Positions 38,012-46,547 of a DNA stretch of 46,547 nucleotides are shown here, in pieces. The translations under genes were made by a program, and so were the position numbers. Position 1 is the first letter of the stretch. Each line of letters begins with the position of its first letter. This stretch comes from Bacillota bacterium (GTDB lineage Bacteria > Bacillota > Clostridia > Caldicoprobacterales > DTU083). The stretch spans positions 1 through 46,547 of the forward strand of contig DAISGI010000016.1 in the NCBI GenBank assembly GCA_036823195.1, read 5' to 3'. The notes under the pieces were generated by a model. It was not told where the DNA came from, did no database searches, and saw nothing but the letters and a program-made list of their open reading frames with translations.

Positions 38012-38308
38012 TTGTATATTTTATTGCTTATCTTTTGTATTTCCCTCCAAATAGAAGGGGCCTGTTCCGCCCGGAAGTTCATACCGGAAATTGCGGGGGT
38101 ATCCGGATCATACGCCGATGAGATCCGGCACCTGAAAAAGTCACAGGAAACTGTCCTTTTTTTTATTAAAGTGTCAGGAAAAGAAGGAATTGCACTATTC
38201 GCGGCGAATAGAAAGATATACATCGTATATGGCAGAAGATATCCCATTTATGATATGATGAAGAAGGTTATTGGACTATGACATGGAAAGAGAGGATTGT
38301 GCGGATTT

Positions 38309-38947
38309 ATGGCGGAACTGGAAAGCATCGAAGAGTATCAGCAGCTGTTGAATAAGATCCCCGGAGTTCTGTCTTCCAGAATTATTACGGACAACCACTC
38401 GAATATAACAGATGTACATGTCCTTTCTACCACCAGCCGCGGGCCAAAGCAGATTGTCCGGGATGTTCAGTCTGCCATGCTTGCACAATATAACGTATCG
38501 GTGGATCATAGGGTCATCAGTGTCGCTCAGGTGGAGGATAAGAGTGTCACCAGACGGGAGATCCGGCTGGTGATCGAAAGTATAAAAATGCAGAGCGAAC
38601 AGGGAAAGGTGATGGCCAGCGTTGTCCTGTCCAGCGACGATCAAACTTTTGAAGGAGTTGCTTCCGGGGGAAATTCCGCAAGGGGGCGTATGCGGGTGGC
38701 AGTATCTGCCACTCTACAGGCGATCCACCGGTTTCTGGACAAGGATTTCGTATTTTTATTATCCGATGTTGTGGAGGTCCATCTGGCGGATCGTCAGGCA
38801 ATTGTTGTATCCATCCTCCATATTGCAGATTTCGGCGAGGAATATCTCTGCGGATCCGCCATGATCAAGGGCAACGACGATGATGCCGTTGTAAAGGCCA
38901 CATTGGATGCGGTCAACCGGAGGTTATATCAGCATTATTCCAAATAG
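38309..38947 (+). CDS. Hypothetical protein with two related ~90-aa halves, unknown function.
   Basis: The halves share a V.VLS....(G)......R.....AV.A.L pattern with faint SpoVS/Alba-like character. RBS GAGAGGA 12 nt upstream of ATG 38309. Confidence 0.45.
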   Translation: MAELESIEEYQQLLNKIPGVLSSRIITDNHSNITDVHVLSTTSRGPKQIVRDVQSAMLAQYNVSVDHRVISVAQVEDKSVTRREIRLVIESIKMQSEQGKVMASVVLSSDDQTFEGVASGGNSARGRMRVAVSATLQAIHRFLDKDFVFLLSDVVEVHLADRQAIVVSILHIADFGEEYLCGSAMIKGNDDDAVVKATLDAVNRRLYQHYSK

Positions 38948-39057
38948 CAGGTATCATTATTGCTTATAAGCCAAAACATCGACAACAATACAGCGGAGCG
39001 GATATAGCCTGTCTATCCAGCGAAGGACAGAGATTTAAAATGGGGAGGCTATATTCC

Positions 39058-39147
39058 ATGAAGAAGATTGCAGTATCGGTATTGACATTGGTTACGAGTC
39101 TGGTATCCTTGTTACTTGCCAGCGGTGCAATGTTTTCCATCAGATAA
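39058..39147 (+). CDS. Candidate small hydrophobic peptide (29 aa, MKKIAVSVLTLVTSLVSLLLASGAMFSIR).
   Basis: Strong RBS GGGGAGG at 9-nt spacing. KK then a 20-residue hydrophobic helix. Followed by an AAAACA-cttcga-TGTTTT hairpin and a T-rich tract. Confidence 0.35.
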   Translation: MKKIAVSVLTLVTSLVSLLLASGAMFSIR

Positions 39148-39209
39148 CGGATAAGACATAAAACACTTCGATGTTTTGGCTTTCTTTATCATTAAGGGGA
39201 ATTGCTTCA

Positions 39210-40577
39210 ATGAATAGAAAGCTATCGCTCACTCTGTCTGCCTTGAGTATCGTCAGTCTGTTCCTTACAATATACTGCATCTTACAAGTCAAAAGTATAA
39301 CTATTTGGAATCTGATATACTGGATTGTCCTGACTTCCCTGCTTGAGTCCTTACCAATATATATCAAAGAAGACCGCGCAGTCAGTGTAAGCTTTGCCGT
39401 CCTGCTGGCCTGCCACCTTAACAACGGCCCCTATTTTACTGCATTGGTAGCAGCCTTTGGAAGTGTTTTGGTATTTATAAAAAATCAGGATGGCACCTGG
39501 AAACATCCCTTTAATCTACCTTTTTATAAGACGCTGATGAATTACTCGAATTTTACGATATCCATATTTACTGCCGGGATTGTCTATGATACATGTATCA
39601 AAGCATACCCCGTATTTACCAATCCCATCCTGAACATCGTTCTGATTTTCATCTATCTGACCGTTGTTTTTCTGTTGAACTCCACCATCATGGTACTATA
39701 TGCATCCCTTATGAGAAAAAAGGCATTTTTGAAAACCTGGACCAGCGAAACATTGTGGGCTTATCCCAATTTTATAGCCGTCACTCCCCTTGGCTACTTC
39801 CTCTCCGTTCTGTATCGGGTCCCAAACGGTTCCCTTTATGTTCTCCTGCTTCTTGGCCCGCTTTTGCTGGCCCGCCATTCCTTCAAGCTGTACCTGGATT
39901 CCAGGGAACAGTATTATAAGACCATCCGGACGCTTACTGCGGCCATCGAGGCAAAGGATAAATATACGGAAGGCCATTCCAAACGGGTGGAATACTACGC
40001 GGGACGCATTGCCCGGAAACTGCGGGTTTCGCCGGGGGAGGCCGAATCCATCCGTACGGCTGCCCTGCTGCACGACATAGGCAAGATAGGGATCAGGGAC
40101 TCAGTCCTTTCCAAACCAGGCCGGCTTTCCGATGAAGAATGGGAAATGATCCGGCAGCATCCCGGCATAGGAATAAAGATTCTGGAAGAAGTCACTTTCC
40201 CGGGACATGTCAAGGATGCCATTCTCCACCATCACGAAAGATACGACGGCGGCGGATATCCGGACAGTCTGAAAGGGGATCAGGTCTCCAGGGATGCTTA
40301 CATTCTGGCTGCGGCGGACGCCTACGACGCCATGACTTCGGACCGCCCCTACCGGAAGGCGATGTCCAGGGATACCGCCATTTTAAACATCAGAAAGGAA
40401 AAAGGGGCCCAATTTCATCCCGATATAGCCGATGCCCTGATTTCCGTCCTGGAAGAAGAAAGCAAAAGCAATAAAGCCCCGATCTCCGTCCCGGAAGGAG
40501 AGAGCAAAAGCAATAAAAAAGAAAGCAGAAAAGAGGAAAGAAAAAATAAGCAGAAAGGAAAAGATGCGTCAAAATGA
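39210..40577 (+). CDS. Membrane-anchored HD-GYP phosphohydrolase (candidate c-di-GMP phosphodiesterase) with an N-terminal 7-TM sensor domain.
   Basis: Seven hydrophobic segments. HD-GYP core (HSKRVEYYAGRIA...LLHDIGKIGI...HHERYDGGGYP...AADAYDAMTSDRPYRKA). Lys/Glu-rich tail. Confidence 0.85.
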   Translation: MNRKLSLTLSALSIVSLFLTIYCILQVKSITIWNLIYWIVLTSLLESLPIYIKEDRAVSVSFAVLLACHLNNGPYFTALVAAFGSVLVFIKNQDGTWKHPFNLPFYKTLMNYSNFTISIFTAGIVYDTCIKAYPVFTNPILNIVLIFIYLTVVFLLNSTIMVLYASLMRKKAFLKTWTSETLWAYPNFIAVTPLGYFLSVLYRVPNGSLYVLLLLGPLLLARHSFKLYLDSREQYYKTIRTLTAAIEAKDKYTEGHSKRVEYYAGRIARKLRVSPGEAESIRTAALLHDIGKIGIRDSVLSKPGRLSDEEWEMIRQHPGIGIKILEEVTFPGHVKDAILHHHERYDGGGYPDSLKGDQVSRDAYILAAADAYDAMTSDRPYRKAMSRDTAILNIRKEKGAQFHPDIADALISVLEEESKSNKAPISVPEGESKSNKKESRKEERKNKQKGKDASK

Positions 40578-41137
40578 TACTACTGATCCCGTTGTTTGCT
40601 GTCGCCGTCGGCATTGGCCTGATCCGGGGCGGCAGAATATCCAATCTGGCCCATATTAAAATCAGGCGCCCCTGGCTGATCTTTTTATCTGTTCTCGTTG
40701 AATATGCCCTGATCTATCTGATGAGAAATACGTCCCGGATCACCCAGCCCCTTGCATGCCTGTTCCTATTTTTACAATATCTTCTGCTGTTTCTGTTTTT
40801 ATGGGAGAATCGGACACTGTCGTACAGCTGGCTGATTGGTGTGGGCAGCTTTCTGAACTTTCTTGTCATCATGGTAAACAAGGGCTCCATGCCTCTGTCA
40901 AAAACGGCCACAGCAGTGGATGCAAACTCCAAAAACATGAAGTATCTGGAAAATGGCAAATACCTGACCTATCACATCCTGAACAGCAACTCAAGGCTGA
41001 GGTTTCTGGGAGACATACTTCGTGTCCCTCCCCCGGTCCAATCCTTTCTCAGTATCGGAGATATTGTCCTGTTCCTTGGTATCCTGCTGCTGATTCAGGA
41101 TATCGTAGCGGGAAAATCGGAAAAAAAGGCGTCGTGA
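40574..41137 (+). CDS. Small polytopic membrane protein. Possibly the DUF5317-type partner of 7TM HD-GYP proteins.
   Basis: Four to five TM segments. ATGA overlap with the HD-GYP stop, indicating translational coupling. Confidence 0.55.
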   Translation: MILLIPLFAVAVGIGLIRGGRISNLAHIKIRRPWLIFLSVLVEYALIYLMRNTSRITQPLACLFLFLQYLLLFLFLWENRTLSYSWLIGVGSFLNFLVIMVNKGSMPLSKTATAVDANSKNMKYLENGKYLTYHILNSNSRLRFLGDILRVPPPVQSFLSIGDIVLFLGILLLIQDIVAGKSEKKAS

Positions 41138-41186
41138 CAGATAAAGATGCCTTTCCATTGCCTTATGGGGCAAACAGGTGAACGCA

Positions 41187-41232
41187 AAGAAACAGGATGG
41201 ATTCCGTCCACCCTGTTTCTGCTTATTTTTTA
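41187..41232 (+). terminator. Rho-independent terminator after the membrane-protein gene.
   Basis: AGAAACAGG-atggattccgtccac-CCTGTTTCT followed by GCTTATTTTTTATCCTTTTTTT. Confidence 0.65.
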
Positions 41233-41272
41233 TCCTTTTTTTGAGGACTGCTGTTTTATCCGTTGACTTTCA

Positions 41273-41734
41273 TCAATCGATTTGAATCCGGTGATCCCCT
41301 CTCTTCTGTTCCTCCACCTTTGGCAAAGCCAGCGTCAGGACGCCATTTTCAAATTTTGCCTTTATGTCCTCCGGCTTGACATCATTTACGTAAAAGCTTC
41401 TGCTCATGGAACTATATCTTCGTTCCCTGCGAATGTAGTTCTTTTCCTTATCCTCCTCTTCGTTGTGATCTTCTCTCTGAACGGCAATGGTCAATCTGTC
41501 GTCCCGCAGTTCCACATTGATTTCATCCTTTTTTACACCGGGCAGCTCCGCTTCAATGACATAGCCATTATCATTCTCCCGGATATCAACCTTCATCTGA
41601 TCATTGGAGTCATACATGCTCGGGAAGTCATTGAAGAAGTTGTCGAACCAATACTCCGGATCAAAAAAGTCTCTTGCCCTCTGAACATCCATATTCCTTC
41701 TGTTGTGATACGGTGTTAATCCAAACATAACCAT
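41273..41734 (-). CDS. Hsp20/alpha-crystallin family small heat-shock protein.
   Basis: Alpha-crystallin domain (MKVDIRENDNGYVIEAELPGVKKDEINVEL...GVLTLALPK). Confidence 0.9.
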   Translation of the reverse strand: MVMFGLTPYHNRRNMDVQRARDFFDPEYWFDNFFNDFPSMYDSNDQMKVDIRENDNGYVIEAELPGVKKDEINVELRDDRLTIAVQREDHNEEEDKEKNYIRRERRYSSMSRSFYVNDVKPEDIKAKFENGVLTLALPKVEEQKRGDHRIQID

Positions 41735-42068
41735 TCCTCCTGTCTGTATTTTATATACTGTCAGGAAAAGTCATCGCATTCCATTTTTATACTCTTTCCT
41801 TGACTTTCCTTGACCTTCAGTTATATATATATCACCTATTTTCGAAAAGTACAATGCCGGAATTCAATCATTTATCGTCATATAATGAATTTATATCATT
41901 ATACGTTCCGATATCGCTTATTATCTCTTTATTTCATTGTTTTATTCCACTTTGTAAGAATTCAATCTCCCAACAGCAATTGATCCTGTATTCCTTGCCG
42001 GCGCCATGATAAAATGGTGTAAAAAGACAAGAATAAGAATAAAGAAAAAGAATAAGGAGGTACTCAGG

Positions 42069-43196
42069 ATGAAAGAATATGGAATCGGAATCATTGGCTT
42101 TGGTTTCATGGGAAAAGTCCATACTTACGGGTATCAGACCATTCCGTTCTATTACAGGGATCTGCCTTTCCGGACAAGACTTGTGGGTGTTTGCACGGCT
42201 CATCCGAAAACAGCGCAGAAGGCAAAAGAGCTTTACGGCTTCTCCTTTGCAACCACGGATCCCAGTGAGATATGGAACCATCCTTCGGTGGACATCGTTG
42301 ATATCTGCACTCCAAATATCTTTCACAAAAATCAGGTGATCCAGGCATTAAAGGCCGGAAAGCATGTCTACTGTGAAAAGCCGCTGACCACCGGCTATTC
42401 GGATGCAAAGGAGATCGTATCCGTCCTGGACGATACAGAAGTCATAACCCAGATGACATTTCAGAACCGGTTTCTCCCTGCTGTCCTGCGGGCAAAGAAG
42501 CTGCTGGAGGAAGGCAGGCTCGGCAGGATTCTTTCTTTTCGTGCGTGCTATCTGCATTCCGGTTCCGTGGACCCGAATCAGCCCATCGGCTGGAGACAGG
42601 ACAAGGCAATGGGCGGCGGAGTCCTTTTCGACCTGGGATCCCATGTGCTGGACATCATCTATTATCTGATTGGCAAATATCAAAGCATTCTGGCAAAGAA
42701 CACCATTCTCTGCCCGCAGCGTCCGGCTCCGGACGGCACAAGGAAAGAGATCTCTGCGGAGGATCAGTCCCTGATGCTGGTTCAGATGAAGAATGGAAGC
42801 ACCGGGGTGATCGAAGCGTCGAAGATCGCCACGGGAATGAACGATGAGATGCGATTTGAAATTCATGGAGACCGGGGAGCCATCCGGTTCAATCTCATGG
42901 ATCCCAGTTACCTGGAGTTTTATGACAACACAAAACCGGACCAGCCCATCGGAGGAGAAAGGGGATTTACCCGCATTGAAACGGTCCAGCATTTTCCCGA
43001 ACCGGGCGGGGCATTTGTTTCCCCCAAAGCACCCATCGGATGGATCCGCGGACACGTCCACTGCCTTTACAGATTTCTGAACTGCGTTTATGAAGGCAAA
43101 CAGGCCAGTCCTTCCCTGCGGGACGGAGCCTATATCCAATATGTCATGGAAAAGGCCTTTGAGTCCGATCGAACCTCCCGTTGGGTGAAATTATGA
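42069..43196 (+). CDS. Gfo/Idh/MocA family NAD(P)-dependent oxidoreductase.
   Basis: Rossmann N-terminus (YGIGIIGFGFMGKVH) and EKP motif (HVYCEKPL). RBS AAGGAGG 7 nt upstream. Confidence 0.85.
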   Translation: MKEYGIGIIGFGFMGKVHTYGYQTIPFYYRDLPFRTRLVGVCTAHPKTAQKAKELYGFSFATTDPSEIWNHPSVDIVDICTPNIFHKNQVIQALKAGKHVYCEKPLTTGYSDAKEIVSVLDDTEVITQMTFQNRFLPAVLRAKKLLEEGRLGRILSFRACYLHSGSVDPNQPIGWRQDKAMGGGVLFDLGSHVLDIIYYLIGKYQSILAKNTILCPQRPAPDGTRKEISAEDQSLMLVQMKNGSTGVIEASKIATGMNDEMRFEIHGDRGAIRFNLMDPSYLEFYDNTKPDQPIGGERGFTRIETVQHFPEPGGAFVSPKAPIGWIRGHVHCLYRFLNCVYEGKQASPSLRDGAYIQYVMEKAFESDRTSRWVKL

Positions 43197-43269
43197 CAAA
43201 AGGTTTTCTTGTTCTCTTTAACGGTTCATGTTAAAATAGAGCATAGCTATTTGAAAAAGGGATGAAGAA

Positions 43270-44103
43270 ATGAAATTTAATATATTTGCAGACAGCAGCT
43301 GTGATGTAACAGAAGATCTGCAGAAAAAAACAGGCGTGGAGCTGATCCCGCTCACCATGCGTCTTGGTGAAAAAAGTTACAAAGATGATAAAAGCCTGAA
43401 CATCAGTGAATATATCAAAGCCATGAAGGAATACAAAAGCCACCCGAAAACCTCTTGTCCATCCATTCAGGATTTTATGGATAAGTTCCGCGAAAGCGAC
43501 AATAACTTTGTCGTCACCATTTCCTCCAAACTCAGTGGAACCTATAATGCCGCCGTTCAGGCAAAAAATATCATCCAGGAAGAGTTCAGTAATAAATTTA
43601 TCCATGTTTTTGATTCCAAAAGTGCTTCAATCGGCGAAACCATGGTTCATCTTAAGATTTACGAATACATAAAGAAGAATATGGAAAACAACGAAATCGT
43701 GGAAAAGGTCACCAGGTATATTGAAGAAATGAAAACCTTCTTTTTGCTGGAGGACCTGGACAACCTGACAAAGGCAGGCAGACTGAATCCCATTGTGGCC
43801 AAAGCGGCAAATATTCTTTCCATCAAACCCGTCATGGGTTCCCATGATGGATCCATCCGCCTGGTCAGCAAGGTAAGGGGCTATAAAAGGGCGTTTCAGC
43901 GTCTGATCGACATTATAGGGGAAGAAGGTACCCATCTGGAGGACAAGGTATTGGGCATCTCGCACTGCAACTGCCTCCAAAGAGCGCAGAAGCTGAAGGA
44001 AGAGATCCAGAAAAGATACGCTTTCAAGGACATTATCATTGCGGAAATGGGAGGCCTCAGTGCCACTTACGCGAATCAGGGCGGATTGGTCATTGCGTTT
44101 TGA
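43270..44103 (+). CDS. DegV family fatty-acid-binding protein.
   Basis: MKFNIFADSSCDV...TSCPS...VVTISSKLSGTYNAA is the DegV/EDD fold pattern. 277 aa. Confidence 0.85.
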   Translation: MKFNIFADSSCDVTEDLQKKTGVELIPLTMRLGEKSYKDDKSLNISEYIKAMKEYKSHPKTSCPSIQDFMDKFRESDNNFVVTISSKLSGTYNAAVQAKNIIQEEFSNKFIHVFDSKSASIGETMVHLKIYEYIKKNMENNEIVEKVTRYIEEMKTFFLLEDLDNLTKAGRLNPIVAKAANILSIKPVMGSHDGSIRLVSKVRGYKRAFQRLIDIIGEEGTHLEDKVLGISHCNCLQRAQKLKEEIQKRYAFKDIIIAEMGGLSATYANQGGLVIAF

Positions 44104-44129
44104 CAGCAGCCCGTTAAAATTCCAAACAT

Positions 44130-44168
44130 ACGAAAGTCCGGCAGCAGGGCTCTGCCGGACTTTTCTTA
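44130..44168. terminator. Bidirectional terminator between the convergent DegV and glutaredoxin-like genes.
   Basis: AAAGTCCGGCAG-cagggct-CTGCCGGACTTT followed by TCTT. A T-rich tract is present on the reverse side. Confidence 0.65.
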
Positions 44169-44429
44169 CCCTTCATAGGCCTTCTGAAACAGATCCGCCA
44201 CCATCTCCCGGCTTGCCGCTCCTTCATGAAACTTTTTGCCGTCCAGATAATAGGTAGGCACATAGTAGTAATCATATCGTTCTGCAATATCCGGATGCTG
44301 CACTTCATCAATGATCTCAATGTCCAGATCCCGGTATTCCGGGTGCTCATCAAAAAGCTCCTGCATATAGGATCTGGCATTCGCACAATAGGGACATCCT
44401 TCCATAACAAACATCAGAATTTTCTTCAT
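44166..44429 (-). CDS. Glutaredoxin-like small redox protein (CPYC active site).
   Basis: MKKILMFVMEGCPYCANAR. About 87 aa. RBS GAGGAG. Confidence 0.7.
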   Translation of the reverse strand: MKKILMFVMEGCPYCANARSYMQELFDEHPEYRDLDIEIIDEVQHPDIAERYDYYYVPTYYLDGKKFHEGAASREMVADLFQKAYEG

Positions 44430-44602
44430 GGATTGTTCCCACTCCTCTCGTTGGCAGGCCTTACGTCGGTTCGCTCCCATGTATGAGGCTCGTTCCCACT
44501 TTCATGGAAGCCGTTTCCTTTCCAGCCTCCCGGACCATTATGAGATACTCTTACCCGGATTTCCACCGGAACTAACAAAAGGATATCCACCTTTGCATGG
44601 AT

Positions 44603-46456
44603 TTATCCCTTTCTATCCGATGGTCTGTCAGACAGCGCATCCATTTCCGCTTCGGGAATATCCATCCCCGCCATCTTCATCAGATAAATGGCATTCCGGG
44701 TATTGGAAACGCCTTTCCGGAGTTTGTAGTCAAAGAAAAGTTTCCCTTCCCGGTAATACTCCCGAAAATGATAGTTTCGGATCCTGCCGTCCTCCTTTTC
44801 CAGATCTCCCAACTCCACGTCATGGGTGGACACAAAGCCGACGGCTCCTTCCGAGCTGAGCAGTTTGATCAAAATCCGCGCTCCGGTATGCCGGTCCCGG
44901 GAGTTGGTCCCCTTAAAGATTTCATCCAACAGGAAAAAGACCGGCCTGCCCTTCTTTGCCGCTTCAATCATTCGCTTGATCCGAAGAAGCTCCGCATAGA
45001 AGGAAGAAATCCTGCCTTCCAGATCATCCCGGACCCGCATGGAGGTATAAAGATCGAATACGGTACAATGAAACTCCTTCGCGCAAACCGGGGCTCCTGC
45101 ATAAGCCAGTACCAGATTGATCCCGACAGTACGCAGCAACGTGCTTTTCCCCGACATATTGGAACCGGTGATCAGAAAGACCTGTCCGCTTTTCATCCGG
45201 TCGATGTCGTTGCATACCCTGTCCTCCGGCAGCAGCGGATGCCCCGCTTCCGCGGCAAACAAAAGGGAGCGGTCGTCTCCGTAGATTTTAGGAACCGCCC
45301 AGTCCGGATGATCATAATACAGGACGGCCAGACTGCACAGCGCTTCCATCTCCCCCAACGCCTCGATCCAGTCCCGGATCCGATCCCCGGATTGTTCCTT
45401 CCACTTCTCCAATACCACCATGGATTGGTAATCCCACAGAAAAAGAATATTGATGAGCCAATACAACTGGCTGTGCCGAACAGCGGTCCGGTCCATGATT
45501 CTTTCCAGTCCCTTTATTTGCCGGCATGCCGTCTCGCCCTGTTCATTGCGCAGTCCTTGCTGAAGCTTTTTTAAATAAGCAGAATGAAATTCCTGATCCT
45601 CTATTTTCTCCAGCATGGCCCGCTCCGTTTTGATATTGCCGAGAAAGGGGGCGACCACATCCAGAATCTGCTTTCGTTCCGTATAATGATAAGCCGTCAG
45701 TCCCATTTGAAGAAGCAGAAAAAGATAGGGAATGAAAAAAGGGAAAGCAGGAAATACAAACGCAGCAGTGAAAAGGAGAATCAGCACCGGCGGCAGACTC
45801 TGAACCAGCCAGCGGACAGCAGGCCTGTGATATTGGGGACTGCGCTGCCGCACCCATTCGTAAAAAGGCCGGGGATCCTGAAATTTATCCGCGGAAAGCA
45901 ACGCCTCCGCCTGCAGCTGCTGCCGCCAATCCAGCAGCCCGGCCAGTTCCTTTGCCACTGCCTGGCGTTCCCGGATTTCCTCCGGCTTTTTGGGCGGATC
46001 GGTCAGCAGTTTTTTCAGAGCATTCCGGCCGGCAAAGGTTTTTGCCGTATTCATCCACTGAAACAGGGAATTCCGGCCAAACACATCCAGATCCTCCGAA
46101 AAGTCATGCTCCGGATCCTGGTATTCCTTTCCGGTATCCTCAAGAGTCCTCCATTCCCCATTCAACCGCTTCAGGGAATCCTCATTGATCTTCCTCAGGA
46201 TATCGATACGGTCCTTCTCCCGTTTCAGGCGGTTATGCCGGACAACAAGATACAGGAACAGCAGCAGGGCAGACAGAAATACGGCAATGCCAGCCGTTTC
46301 CTGTTTATGAAAATACAGATACAGGAACCCTCCGAACCCAATCAGTGCCGTCAGCAGGCGGAAATTGCTGATCCGATTCAGCCGGGATGCCTGCTCCTCC
46401 CCTTGCTTTTGGTACTCTTTTGCTCTTTTCTCGTATTCCGATCCGGAATTGTTCAA
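44603..46456 (-). CDS. MutS-family (domain V only) ATPase with an N-terminal membrane anchor. A MutS2-like paralogue that lacks the mismatch-binding domain.
   Basis: Walker A GSNMSGKSTLLR. MutS signature/Walker B context (VFFLLDEIFKGTNSRD, STHD). Two N-terminal TM helices. TTG start with a GGAGG RBS at 8-nt spacing. Confidence 0.7.
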   Translation of the reverse strand: MNNSGSEYEKRAKEYQKQGEEQASRLNRISNFRLLTALIGFGGFLYLYFHKQETAGIAVFLSALLLFLYLVVRHNRLKREKDRIDILRKINEDSLKRLNGEWRTLEDTGKEYQDPEHDFSEDLDVFGRNSLFQWMNTAKTFAGRNALKKLLTDPPKKPEEIRERQAVAKELAGLLDWRQQLQAEALLSADKFQDPRPFYEWVRQRSPQYHRPAVRWLVQSLPPVLILLFTAAFVFPAFPFFIPYLFLLLQMGLTAYHYTERKQILDVVAPFLGNIKTERAMLEKIEDQEFHSAYLKKLQQGLRNEQGETACRQIKGLERIMDRTAVRHSQLYWLINILFLWDYQSMVVLEKWKEQSGDRIRDWIEALGEMEALCSLAVLYYDHPDWAVPKIYGDDRSLLFAAEAGHPLLPEDRVCNDIDRMKSGQVFLITGSNMSGKSTLLRTVGINLVLAYAGAPVCAKEFHCTVFDLYTSMRVRDDLEGRISSFYAELLRIKRMIEAAKKGRPVFFLLDEIFKGTNSRDRHTGARILIKLLSSEGAVGFVSTHDVELGDLEKEDGRIRNYHFREYYREGKLFFDYKLRKGVSNTRNAIYLMKMAGMDIPEAEMDALSDRPSDRKG

Positions 46457-46547
46457 TTAAAAGCCTCCAATGTCCTTTCCGCCCAGGAATCCACGGGTTT
46501 TCCATCCTGGCTGAGATGAAAGCTTTGCCAGAGCGGCAATCGCGGAG
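46457..46547 (-). CDS. 3' end of an upstream minus-strand ORF, partial. The stop abuts the MutS-like start.
   Basis: A frame is open to the window edge and ends ...GGKDIGGF-TAA at 46457..46459. Too short to identify. Confidence 0.2.
   Translation of the reverse strand, partial: SAIAALAKLSSQPGWKTRGFLGGKDIGGF

Noticed and set aside
38012-38281. 89-aa plus-strand ORF in the mannosidase upstream region.
   Set aside because: It lies in an AT-rich promoter region, has no RBS and overlaps the direct repeats. Likely spurious.
45584-46519. 311-aa plus-strand ORF opposite the MutS-like gene.
   Set aside because: Shadow ORF. The minus-strand frame carries Walker A and MutS motifs.

Overview
This 46.5-kb window looks like chromosomal DNA from a spore-forming, anaerobic Firmicute (Clostridia-like). 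Overall GC is about 50-52% by eye, with AT-rich islets at 1..2000, 25860..26340 and 37950..39200. The sporulation and anaerobe call rests on a CotF-like coat protein, an RsfA-like regulator, superoxide reductase, OsmC, Hsp20 and DegV. Coding density is high on both strands. No rRNA, tRNA, CRISPR array, integrase or transposase is recognisable.

Gene content, in order:
- AT-rich islet with lipoprotein genes and decayed fragments.
- radC, then an Mre11/SbcD-like phosphoesterase, then a 1033-aa Rad50/SbcC-like ATPase (YhaO/YhaN-type), all on the minus strand. The ATPase carries a predicted membrane hairpin where the zinc hook would be.
- Small coiled-coil protein built from 21-bp tandem repeats.
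- Histidine phosphatase.
- CotF-like protein.
- Cytoplasmic Zn-dependent phospholipase C family protein.
- OsmC.
- VOC/glyoxalase-family protein.
- YyaL-type thioredoxin-domain protein.
- GntR plus ABC ATPase plus permease (YtrA-like) operon.
- PHP phosphatase with a translationally coupled 93-aa ORF.
- Decayed ABC-F gene remnant next to an orphan terminator.
- Second ABC-2 exporter.
- 685-aa SPFH/flotillin.
- DUF4342-like protein.
- OmpR/histidine-kinase two-component pair.
- Lipoprotein.
- RsfA-like Myb-type regulator.
- 616-aa repeat-rich surface protein.
- Glutamate-synthase-related protein.
- Zn metallopeptidase.
- tyrS, with no T-box leader.
- Superoxide reductase.
- Hexapeptide acetyltransferase.
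- GH38 alpha-mannosidase.
- Putative c-di-GMP module: an unknown internally duplicated protein, a 29-aa hydrophobic peptide ORF, a 7TM HD-GYP phosphodiesterase and a small membrane protein.
- Hsp20.
- Gfo/Idh/MocA oxidoreductase.
- DegV.
- Glutaredoxin-like protein.
- Membrane-anchored MutS-like ATPase.

The most interesting non-genic signal is an ~80-90-nt element present twice (7797..7875 and 26397..26487). It contains a minus-strand intrinsic-terminator hairpin whose two copies differ by pair-preserving substitutions, preceded by an SD-plus-ATG-like motif.

Several clean rho-independent terminators and sigma-A-like promoters are annotated. All calls are by eye from the sequence and motif knowledge; no searches were run.
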